This document shows positions 12,687 through 26,275 of a stretch of DNA of 64,000 nucleotides, piece after piece. Each line of letters begins with the position of its first letter. The stretch's first letter is position 1. The notes under the pieces were generated by a model, which did not search any database, had not been told where the DNA came from, and saw nothing but the letters and a program-made list of their open reading frames with translations. A program made the position numbers and the translations under genes. Source of the stretch: Syncephalis fuscata S228 (taxonomy: Eukaryota; Fungi; Zoopagomycota); the NCBI GenBank assembly GCA_025786725.1, contig JAHLTZ010000002.1, forward strand, positions 434,001-498,000, given 5' to 3'.

Positions 12687-13872
12687 TTTGAAGTATTATA
12701 AATAAAAATTAACTAAATTAAAAACTGGTCATATATTTATTGATGCTGAATATAGTTATCATTTGATACTAAATGTAGTTAATAATAAAATTTAAACGCT
12801 TTGTATTATTTCATCATTAACACAGAGTTATCGATTCATATTTTTAATCATATGCTAACAATTAACAAATACCTATGGCTACATCTATATAATAGTTGTT
12901 TGCTATTGGTAATTAGTGTTGGTGTTGATACATGTACTAATTCCTTAGTAAAGAATGATTGGGACGTCAATGTATATGCATTCTGCATATTTATAATATT
13001 GCCATTGTAGCATAGTTAATAAACCTTTATTGTAATTGGTATTTAGCACAATATGCCACGAAGCACTTTAAAAATGTAAAAATTTATATAGCATTTCAAG
13101 TCACAAAACCATGGAGTTGAAAAAGCACCATTTGGTTAAAAATAAAAAAACTAATTATAATATAATAGTAGTGATACTGATCATTTCATCTTATAGCCAG
13201 TTTGCAGAATTAACTATATCAGTGCTCTATGCTTTAATATTCTAAATATTTAATAACATTTGAGTAGCAAAATAATTAGTTAATTACAGCGTAGACAAGT
13301 CTGTTGTAAACGCTTTGTTAATATTTGATTAAGCAAGGTGTTACATTCCAAGCTGTTTTAGTTAAACTTTAAGTAACATAATTGCAGCGATTGAAATGCG
13401 GACATAGCTAAGAATTACTATTAACGCTTTTGTTTTGCTTAACAAAAAACAGTTTTAAAAACAATACATTGTTTATTAGCTGACTTAACCATAGGAACCA
13501 ACCATTAATTATTTGTCAATTTGATCATATCTGACGTAGTATAAACAATGACAAGCAGATTATTATACGGCCGATTCTTTGTTAAACAATTATTCAACTA
13601 CTTGACTTCCTTATTATGTATCAAGCCAAAACAAACAAACAAACAAACAAACAAGCACTCTTATCAAAATGGTTGCGATAAACAAAGACATTTCTTAACG
13701 ACAATTTGTTTTCTAAACAATATTATAAATATAAATACCAAATCTCAGGTCCGTATAGTTCTACTTGTAATGTGTATTGCAAGCTGTAGTAAAAGTCGGT
13801 ATTATTCTCGTAAATACATCTTTTTATTTTATTCATCTCTGTTATTTGATTATTTATTCAACAGTTTATACA

Positions 13873-15449
13873 ATGCGATCATTAACGGCTGTATTATGGC
13901 TGTGTGCCGGCGCGTCTCTGGCTAATGGTGCAACTATCCAGCGCTTTAGTGAAGAGCTAAAGCAGCCACTTGCTATGCCCGCCATCGATACTCTAAATAT
14001 GGCTTCTGAAGAAACTATTTTAAGAATTCCAGAAAATGATCCACGTCTGGTTCATGTTAAGCAACAAATACAGCAGCTAGCCCAACAGCTGCGCAAGGAT
14101 TGGGATACCGCAGAAATGGTCGTCAAAGATTCGAATGGTTTAACTGGCCAGATTGACAAAAATATGTTGCATAACTTCACGAGCCCGAAGAGACACAAAA
14201 AGTTGCCTCCGACATGTTTCCCCACATCTCTGATGCTCTTACCTCCACATTCAAAAAGACGTCGGCTAATGCGATAGCTCAGTTGCGACACTGGATGACC
14301 GGTCTATTCGGCGGCAGCCAAAAGGAGAACAGTGAGCTAACTGCCGCTGCAACACCCACTCAAATGCCTTCATCGGCATCGCCAACAATTATGCCAGCTG
14401 AGGAGATTGTCAACATTGCAACACCAGCTCCTATGGCTACGGATAGCCCAGCATTGGCCGAGACGCAACCGCAACCACAAGTAGAGCCACAGCCAATGGA
14501 CGAGACACAGCCGCAGACGCTAGTAGAGCCGCAGCCACAGACATTAGTAGAGCCGCAGCCACAGACATTAGTAGAGCCACATACACAGACAGAGTTACAG
14601 CCACAGACTCAACCACAGCCATTGGTCGAGCCACACACACATACAGAATCACTACCACAGACGCAGCCACAACCAAAAGCCTCTTCCCGACCAATTACCG
14701 CCGGAGAAACAGTATCCACCGGCCCTATTCAAGATAAAATTTCGTCACAAAAAGCATCAAACTCTGATATTGTAACAAATCCACATTTTAATAGCGGACC
14801 ATCAGAGGGACCGAAAAACACGCATGATCCACAAGAAAATGATAAATTCATATCACTCGAAATTGTCGACGAGGGTACCCATGATGTTGCAAGCGATGAA
14901 GAGCTGCGTAAACATGCCGCAGAAAACGAAAAAATTATCAAAATGGTACACGAAAGCCAGCCTGACCCAATTGTCGAGAGTGTTTTTGGTATTGCCACAC
15001 CGCTTGTGGTTGCCACCGCCAAAATAATAGTGTCTGATTTAGCGCAGCTACTTAGCTATGTCAGCGAGGTTAGAGAACAAGGCATTCCGGCATCCATGTG
15101 GTTCCCACAGGTCCAAAAGATTTTGCTTACTGATATCAACTATAATCTTGTAGCATTGGCCGATTTATCTGCTGCTCTAGTGCGCGAACACATCGTAGCA
15201 ACTGCGTCATTCATTAGCTCCCAAAGAAGTGCCAAAGGCATTTTAATGCGCATGCTTGCCGGCGAAAATGCCGGCGAATATGTAGGCCAAATGGCAGACA
15301 GGTGGATAAAGATATTCATTAAACGCTTACGCAGAACGTTAAAGACTCCGCCGACCAAGAGTAATCTAGCACAAGACAAGGCAGCCCAGGCGCTTGTTCG
15401 TTTGTTGGATGATGTAGACACGCAACACGAGGCAATTGATTCGCTCTAA
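13873..15449 (+). CDS. Secreted helical protein, family member A, with Pro/Gln/Thr/Glu-rich repeat insert
   Basis: Signal MRSLTAVLWLCAGASLANG; intronless; one frameshift at ~14185; (TLVEPQPQ)n repeats; shared C-terminal domain. Confidence 0.75.
14460..14675 (+). repeat. Coding minisatellite (24-bp unit, TLVEPQPQ / ETQPQP)
   Basis: GTAGAGCCGCAGCCACAGACATTA-like units in tandem. Confidence 0.85.
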
Positions 15450-15727
15450 TAGGCATGCCAACTGGAATGCAGGGAGATATAGTTTGTTTTTTATAAACTA
15501 TAAATTTATTCTTAAGTGATGCTTTGTTTATGTAACGTAGCTTTTAACATTATATAAAGTGTTACCAAATGCAGGATATTATTTACTCGTCTATCTCCCT
15601 GCATTCTGTCGTATCAGCTCCCTTTTGCACCCCCTTTATGTAACTATGTTTTTAATAAAACGTACAAATACAAAACATTAGAATATTTTGTTACAATAAT
15701 TTAGCGTTTTATTTATTAAATTTTGCC

Positions 15728-16695
15728 ATGAGATTAACAATATCATTATTATTAGTTGCTTTGTGCATTGGCCTGGTGAACGGCCAACCAGTCATTGATG
15801 CAGACATTGATCTGAAAAGCAGTATGGACTATCGTCCTGAAGATTTTGGTCATACAGCAACTGATGCTATTTCTATTGACATAATCGATTCGATTGAATC
15901 GTCGAACAAGCATGACGACAAGCCCGACTATGATGTAATTGGCGCAAAGCTGAATCTAGGCAACATGCTTCAGGATTTGGGCGAAATTTTTACCAATGAG
16001 GCAATTGAAGCATCGCGCGATTTTGCACGCGAGTTCCCAGAGTCTTTTTCAGACAAAGTTGCAACGACATTGCCATCAGAACTTCGTGTAGGCCATATCA
16101 GCTTCAGGGGGATCCAAAGATCGCTGAAAACAAGCAATGCTACTTGATATTTTTAGCGATCCAGAAAAGCTTCGCAGCTTGCTTAAGCAAGTAGCTAAGC
16201 CGGATGTTGACCGTGAAATGATTGCTATATTGGTTCCATTAAGCAAGGACGCGGCACAAATGCTTATTGGTGATCTTAAAATTGCCGTGAATGCAGCTTC
16301 TAATTCAATTCAGACGACAAGCTTTCAAGCCAGTGGCTTCCTCAATTAAAAGATTCAGCCCGTATAATCTTGAGACGGGACTCTGGCTTTATTTTGAACA
16401 AGATTCAGGAGAAGTTGGAGGAAAAGATCCCCGACTTTATTATTGATAGTCTGGTGATGCACTAGGTGCCGGTATATTCACTAGGCTACTTATCCGTAAT
16501 TTGTTGGGTGATACTATCAAAAAGGAGGTGTCGCAGGATTTGAGTATACTATCCAACGTAATAGTGTCACGATTCGGCAATGTTTTCAACTTGTTCTGGG
16601 ACCGTAGTGTTGAGTCTACAAGCAAACCAGCCATACTGGCTAAAGTCACCAGGGATGACGACCACAACGGCCAAACTTTCCAAATAGACATCTAA
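15728..16695 (+). CDS. Secreted helical protein, family member B
   Basis: Signal MRLTISLLLVALCIGLVNG; ORFs 15728, 16137 and 16501 join through single-base frameshifts; PLSKDAAQMLIGDL...QWLPQL motif. Confidence 0.7.
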
Positions 16696-17009
16696 CTTGT
16701 CATCAATCAGATTTGCTTTAACATTATAATAAATAAACACTTAATAGCACCTATACGATTGGCTACATCCTGAATTAATGTAAATTGGTTATCTTAAATC
16801 TGCAACAAAACATACTCCTTGACTTTTTATTGGTTTAAAATCACGATTCTGCCAGGTTCAAGTAGCCTGCATAGTTTTGATGTAGTATTGTAAAATAAAT
16901 CCGTAACTAGCTATCCCTTTAAATTCTCCTGAATTTATTTAATTACATATGATAGTTATTAGACTATTTCTCATCAATATTGCTGTTTTATTCATATTAT
17001 TCTGACACT

Positions 17010-18274
17010 ATGAAAGTTACTTTGGCTATTTTATTTTTTAGTTTTGCGGTATTTGTTCAGGCAATACCATTAGATAATGATGCATTGCTAGATGATCTAT
17101 TAGGCATGCTATCACTTCCCAAAAATGAACAAACCTTAGTTACATCAGATTCAAGCAATGTCAATGCCGATGCCGATGTCGATATTGAACAATTCGAAGA
17201 TATATTTTTGCAGCCAGACTCTGCTCCCTTAAGACCTACTCTATTATCATCTCTATCTGCTACACGACCATCTTTGTCGACGCCACGTCCGTCGCCAAAA
17301 TCGTTGCCGTCGCCAAAATCACTACCATCACCAAATCACCAAAATCACTACCATCGTCAAAATCATTGCCATCGCCATCCGTTAGTAATTCTAAAGTCTG
17401 ACTATTTATGAGACCATCTCAAAAGAAAACCATCCATTTTCTCCACTGCCACAAAATGTACGCCAGTCCCTTTCCAGCATGTTTATTAAGTTTAATCCAC
17501 CATTCAGCCCTTGTTTAACAATTTAACAAGTCAATTCCAGCAGATTAGAGAAAGTGCTACCAGTTCGTCTGCAGCAATCGCTCAATAATGCCACAAAAGA
17601 ACTTGAAGCACGCACCATTAACAATCGCTTGCAAACAATTCTTAGTCATATAAATACAAATAATAAAGACGAGACTCGTAGAAATGCAGGCCGTTTATTA
17701 AGCAGACTGTCAAAACAAGAAGGCATGGACGATCTGTTGGCTTATACTAAACAAACAATTAATAATTATTTTCAAGATTAAGTAATACACCAATCATGTG
17801 GGCAACTGCGCGTAATCTAAGCGATGATTTGAAAAAGACTGCAAGGACAATTCAGGAGCAAATTCGCCAAGAAGTTCCTGCTGATGAATGGCTACCAAAA
17901 CTACGTCGTAAATTAGCACGAACATTACGGCTTAACACTGGAGCAAGACTAGTTCTTATGCGAAAAGAAATTGACACACAGCTTGAAAGCCGTTTTCTCG
18001 ATAATATTACTAAGCTAGTGCAGTCTAATCCGAAGAAATGCGCATCGTAAACCACTACATGGAGAATATCATTCGTACAACAATTATTCCCAGTTTAGAT
18101 AAAATTGTTACTGGTATGCTGAAAGAGATTAATGAAGCATCAAAAGGCAAAAAAGGCAAAAAAGTGGCCAATAAATCTGTCCCGATAAAGATAGAATGCT
18201 ATAAAGGATGCGACAAAGTAGTACTAGTATTAATGGCTCAATTAAAACACATACAAAATAGCCTGTTTAATTGA
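17010..18274 (+). CDS. Secreted helical protein, family member C, with Ser-Pro (SPKSLP)n repeats
   Basis: Signal MKVTLAILFFSFAVFVQA; ORFs 16980, 17554, 17796 and 18038 join through frameshifts; ATARNLSDDL...EWLPKL motif. Confidence 0.7.
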
Positions 18275-18401
18275 AGTATTAATAAATAAATAACAATTTG
18301 TCAGTTAAATCACTGCTGTTTATTGATAAATATTTGAATGCAATCCTATTAAGACAATAATCCATAAAATGCTTGCCGTGCTGTTTCATAATTGAGACGA
18401 C

Positions 18402-19464
18402 TTAAGCAGCTGGGGCGGCAATTTCTTTCAAGCTGGTAGTTTTGGTCATAATGCTGTTGACCAATTGACTAACTTCAGGAATATTCCAAATGTTGCGTAG
18501 ATGGGCCGAAAGACGATTGATTTGGCTTGTAACCACCTGTGCTATAGCCGTATCGATAACTTCTCCGAACAATGACTTGATCAAAGCGGCGACAGGGCCG
18601 TTAATGTGAAGAGCATACACAATAGTAGCAATGATGACGCCACCAAGATTTTCAACCAAGGTAGTCTTGACAGTGGCAAGCATAGCCAAGGTGTTTTCAC
18701 GCAAGTCCTTGACCACCAAGTCGCGCAATTCCTTCAACCAGACAGATCTTTCGACACGCTTCATGATTGAGCCAGCAATGTGCTTGACGGCATGACTCAA
18801 ATCTTCAACAAGCATGTTCAATGCGCTGATAGCAATTGGACTAATCAATTTGCCAATACGAACAGCCAAATCCACGCCAAACAGCCCTGCGATCATGTCC
18901 TGCAATGATCCATTGACCATTTTGTTAACAAGCTGCTTGATTATTTCAGCAAGAGCAGCTGATGATTCGGCGTTTGTCATTGCCACAGCTGAAGAGCCGG
19001 GCAAGCTAATGGAGCCTTGTCGGCTAAGCTGTGTTTGGTACTTCTTGACAGCTACCGTAAATGGCTACTAAGGCTAGCTGTAAGCTTGGATGGTAGCTCT
19101 TGACCAAGTTGCTGGACACCAGGTACAGCATCGTTCTTAAACTGATTGCGCGCATCTTTAACGACAGAATAAAGACCTGTTGGCGTGGATTTATCGTTAG
19201 CCAGGGCATCAATGGCATCGGGAGCATTCATGTCTTTCGGGGCAAAGCCTTGCCGGGGACGCATATAGGTCACTAGTCGGGTCTGGGCGTTTACAACCTC
19301 AGCGTTGTTCCAGTCTAGGAATGGCTGGCCGCTTGGGTGTTCTGGCATGGTTTTGACTGGAGAATACTGAATGTGGGTGGAGCTTGCGGCTTCATCTCTT
19401 GTGGACTAGCCGTGGCAGCAGTCGCCAATAGCAAAGTAATTGCAATAAATGTAAAGCGTGTCAT
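18402..19464 (-). CDS. Secreted helical protein, family member D
   Basis: Signal MTRFTFIAITLLLATAATA from ATG 19464; joins ORFs 19052-19348 and 18402-19004; PIAISALNMLVEDL...VWLKEL motif. Confidence 0.72.
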
Positions 19465-20272
19465 ATTGACAAGTTCCTAGTGGTGACAATAAAAATACTG
19501 ATTCGTAACAAATAAATCGTAACAATAGTTCGTTGGCTTGGTTGGGTGGGGTCGTGATATCAAAGGCTTTTGAGTAGAGTATGCAATTTAACCTTCGTTG
19601 CTTTTGCAGGCTAGATTTTATAGTAAAAATTAGTAATCGGTAGTGGAATATTCTATATCTTGTAGTGCCTAGTTGTGTAGCACAACAATAATGAATACAG
19701 TGAATTGGCATAGGATAGTTCATTAATTGTTTCACGTGTATGGGCTAGCGAAACAACCGGAAAATACACGTGCTTTACTAAACACTTAAGTAGCACGAAT
19801 ACATACAACTATTAACGAGCTGCTACATAGTGTTGATGCAACAATGAAACCTGTTGGCGGCCAAAATCTACCGTTAGCCTGGCACAAGATGGAATTCGTG
19901 CTATAGTTGGTCACAGTGTCGGATGACCAGCACAGATTAAGCAAGGACTGTAGTTTGTGCATTGTTAATTTTCAATAAATTTATTGCTATAATGCAATGC
20001 GAATAAACAACATAGATTAAAGCCATGTAGTGATAGCAGTTTGTTTACCACGGTAGCCAAAAACAAATTAGTACACTGGATACCAAGTTAAAGATATGTG
20101 GAAAGATCTAACATAAGTAGAGTACATGCGAACACCTACATGCGATAGCTTGAATTCAAACAGTCCAGCCTATGTCATAGCGAGACACAGTCGCACAGAC
20201 AACGTGATTGCCAAAATAATCCCCATCTCATCAGTTTCAATAAAGTGTGCACCATCTCTTTTTCTCCCCATA

Positions 20273-21459
20273 ATGACTGCCGCCATACAATACATTGAAG
20301 TTGACCGCCCCCAGGGTCCCTATTATCCTGGAGATACTGTAACAGGTTAGTTAAGCCTTTATGCGATTATTAATCTAAACGTGCACCATCAATGATTTAC
20401 TCATTGGATAGGTACAGTTCATATTGCCATTAGTAGCGATATTCGAGCTCGACGACTATGCATATATGTAATTGGGTTTGAAAGAGTTTTATTCGACAGT
20501 ATGACGTCTAGGTAAGTGCTGACGTTGACGGTAACACTTGCACTTGTTCAACAGAGCAATTTTTAGCTTGTCGTCACAAAAGGCTGAGTTTTTTAAACAG
20601 AAGCATACGGCTTGGAAGTCTACCGCCATGATTGGACAAGTATTGCCAATGGGTGTACAGCAGTTCCCGTTTACACTACAGTTATCCAATGAATCTGCTA
20701 CCCAGGTGTTATTAGAAGCCTATGAGGTCAGAGCATGAAATTCTAAAACAATATGTTTGACGCTTGAATGTAGGATGAAATGGCCAGTATACAATATCAA
20801 TTGGTAGCAACGCTTGAGGATTCAAAACTGGTCGGCAGCAATGCAATAGCATCGGCAAGTATTCCATTAAAGTTCCAGCCGGGCTCTTACGCACCAGGAC
20901 ACGTATCACTGGCACCGGTTGACAAGCGTTGCATGCTGCAAATTCAACCGGCGCCAGATAGTGTCAACCAAATACCGGTTAATATTGGATTTCGCATTAG
21001 TCTACCTAGTGGTCGTGTCTATGCCGGGAAAAGTTTTAACGTTGCCGTTTCATGTCTAGATAATGTCCAATGTTTGTCGAAATACACACGAGAACAATGG
21101 CAATCCAATGGTCACGTTGTAGCGGAACTGCGTCAGTGTCGGCAATACACAACCCCAGGTATTTATTAGTATTTTATTAAGATTAGCCATTGATCAAAAG
21201 TTTTGCATTAATTAGTCACGCTACAACAGCGGAGTCTATAGTGGCTTCTGATATTAAGTCATGGCACGATATTAATGCACGCACTCTGGATTTCCAGCTA
21301 GACTTGCCATACTATCTACCTACATCGACAGATGGTGGCAAACTTATCCGTGTATCCTATCAACTGATCGTGAGACTAGCAATAGGGGACGGCACTACTG
21401 TTGCCTGCAGCATTGTAATGATAGCTGATAGTCCCAAAAACTTTACTTGCAAAAATTGA
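20273..21459 (+). CDS. Alpha-arrestin-like (Arrestin_N/C fold) protein, multi-exon
   Basis: YYPGDTVTG-TVHI, LPMGVQQFPFTLQL, ASIQYQL, LPYYLPTS...LIRVSYQLIV. The 3' end is uncertain. Confidence 0.7.
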
Positions 21460-22030
21460 AAACGCGTTTTATTCAATGTCACGTCTTTGACCAACTAGCC
21501 GAATATCACACTGTTGCTTATTCCACTGAATAGTTGATTAAGCACTATAATATTCAACATTATTTTCCTTACATTTTCCTTACATTCTTCGATGTTAGTA
21601 AATATTAAGATATGTTATTAATCAGTAAATAAATATAAATAACATTTATTTCTGTTGAATTAAAGCTATCGTCAGTTGATTTACCATTGAAATGATACTC
21701 TTGAAGCACATATTACACATGTGCTATCGTTTCACAGTCTTCACATGCTGTCTACCAATCGTATTGCTTGAATATGAGCAATATTGCAGACATTATGAAT
21801 ACAAAATAATTAATATTATGGACAATTGTAGGATGATAATTAATATTATTGCTAGTTCAACATTTAGAAATAATAAACAAAAATGACAAACAACTTTAAA
21901 GGAGTATTGTGTATGTTCGTCAACATTAATTCTAAATAGTATAACTAGTCTGTTAGCAAGCTTTACTATGGCTTGCAATTGAGTTTATTCACTATTGTTT
22001 TACAAAAATAGGCCAATATGATAGTCACTA

Positions 22031-24274
22031 TTATTTCAATGAACGTGTAGTCTTTTTAAAACCATGTGTGTACGAAGAACGTTGTGCCCGGGCGTGTAGA
22101 TGGTAGCCTAGATAGCCCATGCACGATACGGCTGCCCAAAACGCTAGTAACATCAATGCATTAAAGGCTATGGAGCCATGGTCATCAGCTTTGTATAATT
22201 TACGCTTGCAAAAGCTGGTATTGGTTGACATTCCGATGGAGGATTGTCGCCGCAACTGATATTGTAGTCTTTTGAACTATTTTGCAATAGCGCTGCAAAT
22301 CCATATTTGACCGGACTAACCCACTCGAGCCAGCGAATCCATGCAGGTATTGCGCCGAGATTGGAAAATAATCCACCAAACATCATCATGGTAATAGTAA
22401 ATATTGAAGCTATCGACGATACAATATCGTATTTGTTTGTCATGCATGAGACTACCACGCCAACCATCATGCCTGCAAGCGCAATCAACGCACAAATACC
22501 ACAGAATGTCAAGATTCGCTCGGTACCACCTGGCATTCCAACTGCAAAATAAGTTGCTAGTCCGTAGATAACACCAATGATTGCGTATAATGGCGTCTCA
22601 ACAGTGATCATGGAAAGGAAAAATGCCGGCACACCAAAGTAGCCATCACGATACTCGCGCATAAATAGCTTACGCGCTAGGCAAAATGTCGTTGCTGTAT
22701 CTAACAAATTGTTAAATACAGAGATTTAATACCAATAAACTTACCATAAGCAAACTGAGTTATCATTGTTGAGCATAGAAAGAATATATATCGGCCACGA
22801 TCCTACAGCTAGTGTAAATAATTAATCTAAATAACTATATGACCCACCATAATTTGTATGGACTGTTCGCGCGTAGTAATTTGCCAATAAACAATGTCAA
22901 TCAACATGGCTGCGCCCAATACTTGAACCAGTCTCAATCCTACAATGCTTGGATTGCGGATACGGTCGTAAAATCCGCGGCGTATCAAATATTTGTACTG
23001 GACAAAAAAGCTTGCCTTTTGCTTGCGGTAATGGGTCCAGTCTAAGCCACTATTCCGGAATTCGTCTTGTATATCAGCGGTTAACTGTGCCTTTTTCTTG
23101 GACCATCCTGTAAAAAGTGTATCTAGCCGTCTTTCTACAGTAATTTTTCTTGGCAAGACTATCGATTCAATGGGTGTTGCATTTTCATTATTTTGTAAAA
23201 GCGGAACAACCAAATTATCTATTTAAAGCTTATAAGCACCATTGTTACGACGTCAATATGCACACTGCCACTTACTTGTAGGCCGATCGGACGCATAATC
23301 ATCATATTCATCAATTTCATCTGTTTCAACGTAGAATAAATTAAGAAACAGATAGTCGATAGGATTGCTATAGGCCGGGCAGCTGATATCGTATTGCGAG
23401 AAATAATCCATCATTTTATTCGTAGGTCCAGCATATAAAACACGTCCCTCAGCCATAAAAAATATATCATCGATAAACTCGAGCATCTCCGACGATGGCT
23501 GATGTATTGTCAACACCACTGTTCGGCCAAGAAGTGCCAGATTGTGCAGCGTTTCCACTAATTGATAGGCCGCCAGAGCGTCCAGGCCTGTTGTGGGCTC
23601 GTCAAGGAACAGCACAACAGGCTCAGTGATCAGCTCCATACCGACACATACACGCTTCTTTTCACCGCCAGATATGCCGCGCTTAAGCGAATTACCAATA
23701 ACTGTATTGGCTACATGACTGAGATGAAGCACGTGAAGTGAATCGGCAATTCGTCTTTTTTGCTCAGTCGCCGATAATGAACGATCGCATCGTAATTTAA
23801 CTGACATGTCCAACGCTTCGCGAACTGTCAATGTTTCGTAAACTAACGAATCCTGATGAACAAATCCAGTGATTTTGTGCATTTCACTACTATCAATCGG
23901 CTGCTCGTTTAAATACAAATCGCCCGAAATCTGCCCTTGGTTTAATTGTCCAGCTAGAGCACTTAATAGACATGTTTTTCCTGTGCCTGTTGGCCCAATA
24001 ATTGCCTATTACACGATCGATAGACTGACGCTTCGTAAATGTGTTTGCGAGAATATATTAATTGCCTACCGTTACTCTACCGGCTCTGAATGTACCACTC
24101 ACGCCATGAAAATGGTTTTTATTTTCTTCTTACCAGCAGCAACAGAATATTTTACATTACGAAAATCGATCTACCATTAACCATTAACCATTAACATCAA
24201 CATAACAATGTTGATCAATTGATAACTACCTGGCAATTATGTACATTAGTCGATATTATTGATGATGCACGCAT
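22031..24274 (-). CDS. ABCG (White-family) half transporter, NBD-TMD
   Basis: Walker A GPTGTGKT, signature ISGGEKKRV, Walker B LFLDEPTTGLD, TIHQPS, ABC2 membrane region (FMREYRDGYF, WLEWVSPVKYGF). Start approximate. Confidence 0.9.
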
Positions 24275-24729
24275 TATGGATTTAGTGTTTTTTAACTTTT
24301 TTTAATTAATTGCACAATGTATTTATAAAACCAAATAGAAAATTAAAAGGTAACCATGGAGCTTTATTATCGTGTGAGCTAAGAATTAGATATATTTATA
24401 GCTAATCATTATAATATTAAAAGATAGGAAAGACGCTTCAATACGTAGATACCATTTTTTGGCTTAGTATACATTGCTTAACTGTTCAATCTAATAGAAA
24501 ACTGCTAAGATTTAATTCATGTAATATCGTATCAATATATATATATATATTAACAATTCAAATAAGCTATGCTAACTGTTACAAAACTGATAATTAATGA
24601 TATTAAATCAGATAGCTTAGCAATAATTTATGATAAACTAAAGTAGATATATTCAAAAAGCTCAAATAATAATACACGTTATAGTTTTCTATAAAAAAAG
24701 CAGAACTTTTGCTATGCTTATTTTATTTT

Positions 24730-25789
24730 AAATCTAGTTTTTGCTTGATGGACAAAGCGGAAATTACTCGATGATTCAAGAGTTGTTAGTTTTGAAAATT
24801 ATTGACCTTATTTTCAGTATTTTGTTGAGCATTTATAAATTCATTTATATCATTTTCAATTAAACTTAGATCATCATTTAACAAAATTTGTTTTTTTTGT
24901 TGAAAAATCAAGCGGATTCAATGCAGATTCCTTATTAGAAGAAACGAACTGCGTTACTGTAATCTTTGGACAAAATATAATCTTCATCGACATAAATAGC
25001 TAGATATCAAATTAGAAAAATGCTATATACAGTAGAATACAGCCATAACTTACTTTTCAATGTCGGCTTGTAATACCATCCAGCTTGATTCAAATAATTC
25101 AGGCCTAATCAAATTGTTAGTCGAGAATAAACACTGAAAGCGTAGTACACACCGAGTTTGACTTGTTTATTACTTTTTTTAAAAAATTCTCCTTGTCTAC
25201 TAAGCCTAGACTGTTTAGAATATAACGATACTGGAGATCTAGCATGGAAACAAATGGAACAGCATAGCAATGCCCATCTGCCAAAGGGAAATGTTGTAAA
25301 GGCCTTAAAATGAACCGTTTAACAACAAATTTAGTAAGCGATAGTGACGTAGGCATATTCACAAGACTCTATTGCAAAGTAAGTATTCGGCAATATTTAA
25401 ACATTTACAGTCAACAGCATACCTTATAAATCTGAAGAGTTTTATTTTTGCCGTTTTCTTGATCTTTGCCACATATTATTTCAACATATTTTATTTTATT
25501 GTTTAAATCGTGTCAGCCATAGGTGTGGTAAACTGAATTAGACTCGTCAAAAGTAAACGGGTTTTCAAGCCTCAGTTTGTTTTGATTTAATGTCGTAAGC
25601 TGGCCAGCTGGTAGATTGTTAAGGTGTTTAATTTATAATCTAGGTTTTATCAACTTGCTTGTAAAGCCGGTCATCTAGCACGACTGCTTACCGGTTGATA
25701 ATGTAGCTTGGACTGCTATGACATTCTGTGCACCTAATAAAAAGCTCAGTGCAAAATGGAAACCAATACATGGAATGCCCATAAAACAT
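24730..25789 (-). pseudogene. Degenerate gene, possibly a secreted protein-kinase-like protein
   Basis: Coding-like segments with a GTATGC...AATAG intron; FILRPLQHFPLADGHCYAVPF and GLNYLNQAGWYY resemble kinase beta4/5 and helix E; several in-frame stops. Confidence 0.35.
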
Positions 25790-26275
25790 TATAAAACTAA
25801 TTTTTACTGTATAAATTGTAGAAAATAGGCAATTAAAGCGAATGAAAATAAACAAGCTGTCAATCTAAATAAATTATACTAAAATATCGGAGTTTGATGA
25901 TTAAACCATTTGCTATAAGCATCCCACATCGATGAAAATACCATGTGTTAGCAAAATATAAATCTTTACATTGTTTAAGTGCTTCGTGGCATATTGTACT
26001 AAATACCAATTACAATAAAGGTTTATTAACTATGCTACAATGGCAATATTATAAATATGCAGAATGCATATATATCAACGTCTCCATCATATTTTATTAA
26101 TAAATTAGTAGTATAAATAATAATAATAAAATTGAACCAACATATAAATAACACATCAATAAACTTGCTCGAATATTGCATCTAGTAAGATTTATTTCTA
26201 ACAGAAATCTATGTCGTTTCCAAAAATAATTGTTTTTATCGAAAGACCAATCGCTGGACCATTTATTGTAATGGT

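Noticed and set aside
11421-13010. Short ORFs in the AT-rich gap (11421, 12311, 12801)
   Set aside because: Non-ATG starts, low-complexity composition and no motifs; one lies inside the inverted repeat.
14460-14675. CRISPR-like array
   Set aside because: In-frame coding minisatellite without unique spacers, in a eukaryotic gene; no cas genes.
19733-19772. Paired CACGTG E-boxes forming a short inverted repeat (others at ~255, 2117, 3297, 3367)
   Set aside because: Plausible bHLH sites, but too short to support without enrichment statistics.
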